This document shows positions 55,997 to 64,000 of a stretch of DNA of 64,000 bases, in pieces; the first letter of the stretch is position 1, and every line of letters starts with the position of its first letter. The translations under genes and the position numbers were made by a program. The DNA comes from Eledone cirrhosa. Taxonomy: Eukaryota. The notes below the pieces were generated by a model. The model was not told the DNA's origin, did no database searches, and saw only the letters and a list, made by a program, of their open reading frames with translations. The stretch lies in assembly GCA_964016885.1 (NCBI GenBank), contig OZ024753.1, forward strand, positions 8,618,001 to 8,682,000, written 5' to 3'.

Positions 55997-56556
55997 GTAA
56001 GTTATTAAAATTTACACCAAAAGCTTTTTATTCAATTCAGAACCATTATTTGGCAGGAAGTACATTTCTATAGAATTCATAATCCCTAACACAATATCTC
56101 TCTTTTTTTTCTTTTTCACCCATTGTTTTGTTACTTTAAATATAACAAATCCCCCTCCCCATCTCCCTATTTAAATTTTTTTGGTTTTCGTTGGTATTTT
56201 TTTTTTGTTTTTTTTTTTGCTATTTGATATTTCTATTTTAATGTAACTATGTTGAAGCTATTATCTATAGAAGTGTTTACTGCTATTAAATAGTTTTAAC
56301 ATATTTTGTAAGTTCTAGAGAGGATTAAATTTAAATTCTATTCATATGACAAATGCTAATTTAATTCATAGATAGTTTAGATATTAAAAAAAAACAAAAA
56401 AAAAAACTGTCTGCTTTGCTTGAAAACATTTCATCAAGAAACTAACTTGTTTGATGCAGAATATTAATTTCTAATCAATGATCAACTGAGATTTATTTTA
56501 TTAGATAACCAATCAGGGATATAAATTTATAGTTTAGATACTCAAACTATTCAAAG

Positions 56557-56941
56557 CAGTGGTTCCTAACCTTTTGTGCACCATGCCCCACCTCAACATC
56601 TAGAAAATTGTTATGTCCTCCTTTGACATGAAAACCGCAATGGTCAACTGCAAAGTGTAAACATATTGGTGTATAAGTGGTGCCAAATGCACAATAACAT
56701 GTGGAAGAGGAGGTGAGACAGGAGTTTCTGACAGTAATGGGTACAAAAGTTACCTTGGTGTAGGTGGTATCAGATATACAATAACATGTGGAAGAGGAGG
56801 TGAGATAGGAGTTTCTGACAGTAATGTGTACCAAAGTTACCTTGGTGTAGGTTGTGTCAGATATACAATAACATATGGAAGAGGTGAGACAGGAGTTTCT
56901 GACAGTAATGTGTACCAAATTTACCTTGGTGTAGATAGTGC
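56557..56941. repeat. hAT-like left end (CAGTGGTTCCTAACCT) followed by a tandem repeat of about 87 bp x3
   Basis: acaataacatgtggaagaggaggtgagac repeated. Confidence 0.6.
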
Positions 56942-57200
56942 CAGCAGAGTTTAAAGAGCAAAGATCAAGTCCAGTCCATAGGTTGACATTATCAAGCCAT
57001 CGTTTTGGCTTCCTGGAAGGAATTTTGGCTGGTAAGAGAAGCAGAGGCCAGCAGCCAAAACGATGGCTTGATGATGTCAACCTATGGACTAGACTTGATC
57101 TTTGCTCTTTAAACTCTGCTGTTGGTGATCAAAATTTGTGAAGAAAAATATCTCATGTTGATGTGCAATCTGCAACTGGTGGAGTTAGTATATGTAGTGT
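56942..57200 (+). mobile_element. RTE 3' fragment with inverted duplication of about 70 bp
   Basis: LEGILAGKRSRGQQPKRWLDDV; arms 56942-57010 and 57051-57121. Confidence 0.75.
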
Positions 57201-57302
57201 ATGTGGTTGACTGAATAAACAGCATCTTGGACAGCTAACCAGGGGGTTAGTAGCTCACATACAGCCATCAGCACTGTTTTTTGTTCATGGCCAAAACAGT
57301 AC

Positions 57303-57710
57303 TCATCATCATCATCATCATCATCATCATCTAGTGCCTTCAGCTGAAATTGAATCAACAATTGATCTCCAAGTGGGTCTGTTGTTCATTGCTGTTGTCA
57401 AATCCTGGATTTCAATACCAGAATCTCTGGAGATGATATCGGGGTAGGAGAGCGTGCGCCCCCTGTTATTAGTGACTGCTTATGGTTTCCAAAGCACTAA
57501 TAGGGACACAGCCTCGTAGGTGGCACGATGGCAGTGGCCAGCAATTCTTACTCTCCTTTTACATATGACAGATATGCATGGGAGGCCAGCATATATTTCT
57601 TTCAAAGTCAGATGTCGCCAGCTTATGTTCTGAATGCGTTGAAGTAGGCAAGTGTAAGTACCATCAAGGCGCTTTTGTTGTTTGGATGAAAGTGTTCATG
57701 TTTCCCTTAC
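57303..57710 (-). mobile_element. RTE 3' fragment homologous to the repeat at 2815-3545
   Basis: Shared cccctgttattagtgactgct; (GAT)n tail. Confidence 0.75.
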
Positions 57711-58919
57711 ATATAGTAAGTACAGTACTAAACTCTTGACCACTAAGTCTACATTAAGTAGGTATGTTGTGCTGATAAAGACATATCTAGCCAAAACAAT
57801 GCTAAATTCTTGACCACTAAGTCTACATTAAGTAAGTATGTTGTGCTGATACAGATATAGCCAACCCATACAGGCATGGAAAAGCAGACCTAAAATGATG
57901 ATAATGATGTATAATAATTTGTTTTACATAGTAACTGCAGTACTGAATTGTATTTTATAGCTAAAGTAGGAAAAGCTAATAGCAATAAACAGAGTTCTAC
58001 ATAAAGGTAAATTTCTCTCATCTGTTTTACATCATAGAAACAAAACAAAATAGTTCAGGTGACTATAAGTATTTGTAATTCAGTAAAGGTTTAGCTATAT
58101 TATGATTTGATTTACAGAGGCAAAATGGCTTAGAGACTAAGATATTGAACTTCTTGCTACATGATTGAGGATTCATACTAGTTCCTGAGAGGAAAATTAT
58201 ATTCTACATTACAGTTCATGCAGTTATCGTTAACAGATCTAGGACTGTTAACTGTGATAAACAACATTCTATACAAAGTGAGATTTATCTCATCTATTTC
58301 ACACCATAATATCACAGCTAACCTCTCTGACCCTGAAAAATATCTTGCGAATTATTAATGTACATAGATTTGCACAAACATAAACAGAGCTTATTGGGTC
58401 TATGCCACAATAACTGAAAATTGGTTCCAAACTGACATGGTCTCATATCTCTTCTTCAAAGTGTCAGCCTATTCTTTGTTGCTAATATAATGCATTTGGA
58501 TAAATAGGAGAAAATCTTGATATATTTCAGCTGGAATAATGTAAGATTAAATTTTATGTCACACAAAGCCCTGATATCATCATCATCATACGTCCGCTTT
58601 TCCCTGCTTACAAGGGTGGGACGGAACTGATTCTGGCTTGATTTCTACAGCTGGATGCCCTTCCTAATACAAACCTCATTTACAGTGAGTGCTGGGTGAT
58701 TTTTTGCCATCGCACCTCTACGACCACTTTGTAGTGGAATGAGATGGACCCCAGTCCTGTCATCTCATTTCTACAGCTGAGTAAACTGGAGCAATGTGAA
58801 ATAAAGTGTCTTGCTCAAGGAAACAACACATCACCCGGTGATGTATATATTATTGGTTTTTAAAATTTTGATAGCAAACTCTGCCTGAAACTGCCTCTAG
58901 TTTGCTTTCATTATCATCA

Positions 58920-60170
58920 TTGAGGATGCCATGCTTTGCAGCACAGTTACGTCCCTTTATGGACTGAGTTCAAATCCCGCCAAGGTTAACTTTGCCTTTC
59001 ATCCTTACGGGGTCGATAAAATAAAGTACCAGTAATACACTGGATTAATTGCTGGCCTTGTGCCAAAAGTAGAAACAATTATCATCACTGAGGGCAGTGG
59101 ATTGGCAGGGTCAAACGCAATGCTTTGCAGCACAGAGTTACGTCCCTTTACGGTCTAACTTCGAGTCTCGCTGAGGAGAACTTTTTACGTGGTCGATAAA
59201 ATAAAGTACCAGTAATACACTGGTATAATTGCTGGCCTTGTGCCAAAAGTAGAAACAATTATTAGTTTTATTGTTGTTGATAGATTGGCAGTATCAGTAG
59301 AGAGTCAGAGACTATGCTTTGTAGCATAGAGATATGGCCCTTTATGTTCTGAGTTCAAATCCCGCCGAGGTTGACTTTGCCTTTCATCCTTACGGAGTCG
59401 ATAAAATAAAGTACTAGTAATTGCACTGGGGTCGATTTAATTGACTTTCCACTTCCCTTCAAATTGAAAGGAAAGGTAACCTTGATGGGATTTGAACTCA
59501 GAACGCAAAGGGGTGTAACTCTATGCTGCAAAGAATGATGTCCAACCCTCTACTGTTACTGCCAATCCACAGCCTTTAATAATACAAATAATTGTTTCTA
59601 CTTTTGGCACAAGGCCAGCAAATACCCAGTGTCAGTGTATTACTGGTACTTTATTTTATCGACCTCGTAAGGATGAAAGGCAAAGTTAACCTCGGCAGGA
59701 TTTGAACTCAGAATGGCAAGGGGACGTAACTCTATGCTGCAAAGCATGACCTCCGACCCTCTACTGATACTGCCAATACATCGCCTTTAATAATTGTTTC
59801 TACTTTTGGCGCAAGGCCAGCAAAATTCCCTAGTGTATTACTGGTACCTTATTTTATCAGAATGGCAAGGGCCGTAACTCTATGCTGCAAAGCATGACGT
59901 CCGACCTTCTCCTGATACTGCCAATACACTGTCTTTAATCATCATCATCATCATCATCATCATAATAATACTAATAATAACTGTTTCTACTTTAGGCACA
60001 AGGCCAGCAATTTCCCCAATACATTACTGGTACTTTATTTTATCGACCCCGTAAGGATGAAAGGCAAAGTTAACCTCGGCGGGATTTGAACTCAGATCGT
60101 AAAGGGACGTAACTATGCTGGAAAGCATGGTGTCTGACCCTTTACCGATACTGCCAATACACTGCCTTTA
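58920..60170. mobile_element. Cluster of about 7 SINE-B copies: three + followed by four -
   Basis: Family B sequence in both orientations, switching near 59450. Confidence 0.85.
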
Positions 60171-60584
60171 ATCATCATCATCATCATAATACTAATAATA
60201 ACAATACTAATAATAACAATGACAATACTGCAGGAATGTAAATAGAAGAAATATTTCCGAAGCCAGTCAGAAAAAGCAAATATTTCAGATTAGAGGTGGT
60301 TTTAATGAAAACAATATCTATAATGGATATTTGATAGATATATCAACATACATTAAGAATATTAGACATGTGGTGATAGATGTTATAAGTGTGGTGAGTA
60401 TTGGTGAGAGGGTAGATAATGTGTTAATAATAAATGATTGATAACATGGCTGTTATTAAAAGAGAGGTGTTTCTGAAGTCCAATGTAGAGCTAAGAGATT
60501 AATATTAGTAATCTGTGTGTGACAATTGCATAAAGTTAATTTAAAGTATCTAATGTTAAAGACTGCCCTCTATACTTATAAATA

Positions 60585-62420
60585 TTTATAATAACTAGCA
60601 TAGCATTTACATATATACGTACGTATATATAAATATATATGTATATATAATATATAAGAACTAGCATAGCATTTACATATATACGTATGTATATATAAAT
60701 ATATATGTATATATAATATATAAGTATATAAATATATATAATAAATGGCATAGCATTTGCATATATACGTACGTATATATAAATATATATGTATATATAA
60801 TATATAAGTATATAATATATATATAATAAATGGCATAGCATTTACATATATACGTATGTATATATAAATATATATGTATATATAATATATAAGTATATAA
60901 TATATATATAATAAATGGCATAGCATTTACATATATACGTACGTATATATAAATATATATGTATATATAATATATAAGTATATAATATATATATAATAAA
61001 TGGCATAGCATTTACATATATACGTACGTATATATAAATATATATGTATATATAAATATATATGTATATATAATATATAAGTATATAATATATATATAAT
61101 AAATGGCATAGCATTTACATATATACGTACGTATATATAAATATATATGTATATATAATATATAAGTATATAATATATATATAATAAATGGCATAGCATT
61201 TACATATATACGTACGTATATATAAATATATATGTATATATAATATATAAGTATATAATATATATATAATAAATGGCATAGCATTTGCATATATACGTAC
61301 GTATATATAAATATATATGTATATATAATATATAAGTATATAATATATATATAATAAATGGCATAGCATTTACATATATACATATGTATATATAAATATA
61401 TATGTATATATAATATATAAGTATATAAATATATATATAATAAATGGCATAGCATTTACATATATACGTATGTATATATAAATATATATGTATATATAAT
61501 ATATAAGTATATAAATATATATAATAACTAGCATAGCATTTACATATATACGTATGTATATATAAATATATATGTATATATAATATATAAGTATATAAAT
61601 ATATATAATAAATGGCATAGCATTTGCATATATACGTACGTATATATAAATATATATGTATATATAATATATATGTATATAATATATATATAATAAATGG
61701 CATAGCATTTACATATATACGTATGTATATATAAATATATATGTATATATAATATATAAGTATATAATATATATATAATAAATGGCATAGCATTTACATA
61801 TATACGTACGTATATATAATATATAAGTATATAATATATATATAATAAATGGCATAGCATTTACATATATACGTACGTATATATAAATATATATGTATAT
61901 ATAATATATAAGTATATAATATATATATAATAAATGGCATAGCATTTACATATATACGTACGTATATATAAATATATATGTATATATAATATATAAGTAT
62001 ATAATATATATATAATAAATGGCATAGCATTTACATATATACATACGTATATATAAATATATATGTATATATAATATATATGTATATAATATATATGTAA
62101 TAAATGGCATAACATTTACATATATATGTATATATATATATGTATATATAATATATGTATATCATAAATAGCATAGCATTTACATATATATATACGTATA
62201 TATATATGTATATATAATATAATATATATATCATAAATAGCATAGCATTTACATATATATATATACGTATATATATATGTATATATAATATAATATATAT
62301 ATAATAAATGGCAATGCATTTACATATATACATACGTATATATATGTATATATAATATAATATATATATAATAAATGGCATAGCATTAACATATATACAT
62401 ACGTATATACACATAGATAT
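60585..62420. repeat. AT-rich minisatellite, about 85-bp unit, more than 20 units
   Basis: aaatggcatagcatttacatatatacgtacg recurs every about 85 bp. Confidence 0.92.
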
Positions 62421-62437
62421 ATATATATATATATAAT

Positions 62438-62656
62438 GTGAAGGCGTGTGGCTGAGTGGTTAGAGAACTGGATTCGCAATCGTGAGGTTGTGAGTTCGAT
62501 TCCTGGACCAGGCGATGTTATGTCCTTTAGCAAGACACTTTATTTCACGTTGCTCCTTCTACCTGGAGTTGCGACCGATAGATAGTACTAGCAATTGGAA
62601 AGACCAACGGAAACATTGTTTCCTCGGTCCAATTTGACGAAAGTCGATCGTTTCTT
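62438..62656 (+). mobile_element. tRNA-derived SINE family C (minus copies 7490-7742, 12720-12973, 53300-53447, 53461-53680; plus copy 2592-2760)
   Basis: TGGCTGAGTGG and GAGTTCGATTCC boxes; shares gcaagacactttatttcac with family A. Confidence 0.8.
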
Positions 62657-62862
62657 ATATGTAATAAATAGCATAGCATATACAGATGCATACATATACA
62701 TCTGTATATATAATATAATATAATATATATAATAAATAGCATACATATATACACATCTATACATGTACAGATGTATATATAATATAATATATATATAATA
62801 AATAGCATAGCATATGCATACAAATACATATGTATATATAATATATATATAATAAATAGCAT

Positions 62863-62900
<38 letters not shown>

Positions 62901-64000
62901 TACATATACATATGTATATAAAATATAAATATATATAATATAATATATAACATCCCATATATATACATGCATACATATACATATGTATATAAAATAGAAA
63001 TATATATATAATGTATAGCATACACATATACACATGCATTCATATACATATATACATACATATACATACATACATATATACACATCCATTCATATACATA
63101 TATACACATACACACATATATACACATACATACAATATATACACATGCATTCATATACATATATACATACATATGATGGCTGCCCCCTCGTTAGCGAGTA
63201 TGGCCATTGCACGAGGAGAAAAAAACAAAAAAATAAAATATAAAAGCAATTTTACATACATATACATATATATATACACATAAATAAAAAAAAGAAGAAA
63301 TTTTACATACATATACATACATACCTATATACACATCCATTCATATACATATATACACGTACATACAATATATACACATGGATTCATATACATATATACA
63401 TACACACATGCACATCATCATATACAATATATATACATGCATTCATATACATATATACATACATATGATGGCTGCCCCCTCGTTATCGAGTATGGCCATT
63501 GCACGAGGAGAAAAAAAAAAAAATAAAAAAAAAAATAAAATAAAAAAGAAATTTTACATACATATACATACATACATATATACACATCCATTCATATACA
63601 TATATACACATACATACATATATACACATAAAAAAAAAGAAATTTTACATACATATACATACATACCTATATACACATCCATTCATATACATATATACAC
63701 ATACACACATATATACACGTACATACAATATATACACATGGATTCATATACATATATACATACACACATGCACATCATCATAATCATCATCCTTATCTTC
63801 TTCCACACTTGCATGGGTACGATGAGCTGTCTCTTTGTGAGAGATCTGGTCGTAGAACCATGTTTCACTCACACAAAACTGATTTTGGATTGGTTTCTAT
63901 GGCAAGATGCCCTTCCTAATGTCAACCACATTTACATGACACCCACATGACCACTTTACAGTGTCGACCGAGTGCTTTTTGTTATGACACCTACATGACC

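Overview
AT-rich, microsatellite-dense animal genomic DNA, most likely an octopus (inferred from the SINE/RTE repertoire and repeat landscape). Almost all of the window is intronic or intergenic. The host gene on the + strand is ZIG-8/Dpr-like: two phase-1 Ig-domain exons (1089-1382, 17421-17702), a probable GPI-signal terminal exon (1906-2063) and a 36-nt microexon (55961-55996). One RTE LINE has an intact 1039-aa ORF (45865-48984, minus). Also present are three tRNA-derived SINE families, several MITEs, LINE fragments and minisatellites. The most notable unannotated signal is a set of short repeat families in or beside (TA)n tracts. They carry minimal type-I hammerhead ribozyme motifs (CUGANGA...GAAA-short palindrome-UH) and are often arranged as long fold-back palindromes. 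One family lies downstream of a decayed Penelope-like GIY-YIG endonuclease. Most ORFs in the supplied track are microsatellite artefacts. All structures were read by eye and boundaries are approximate.
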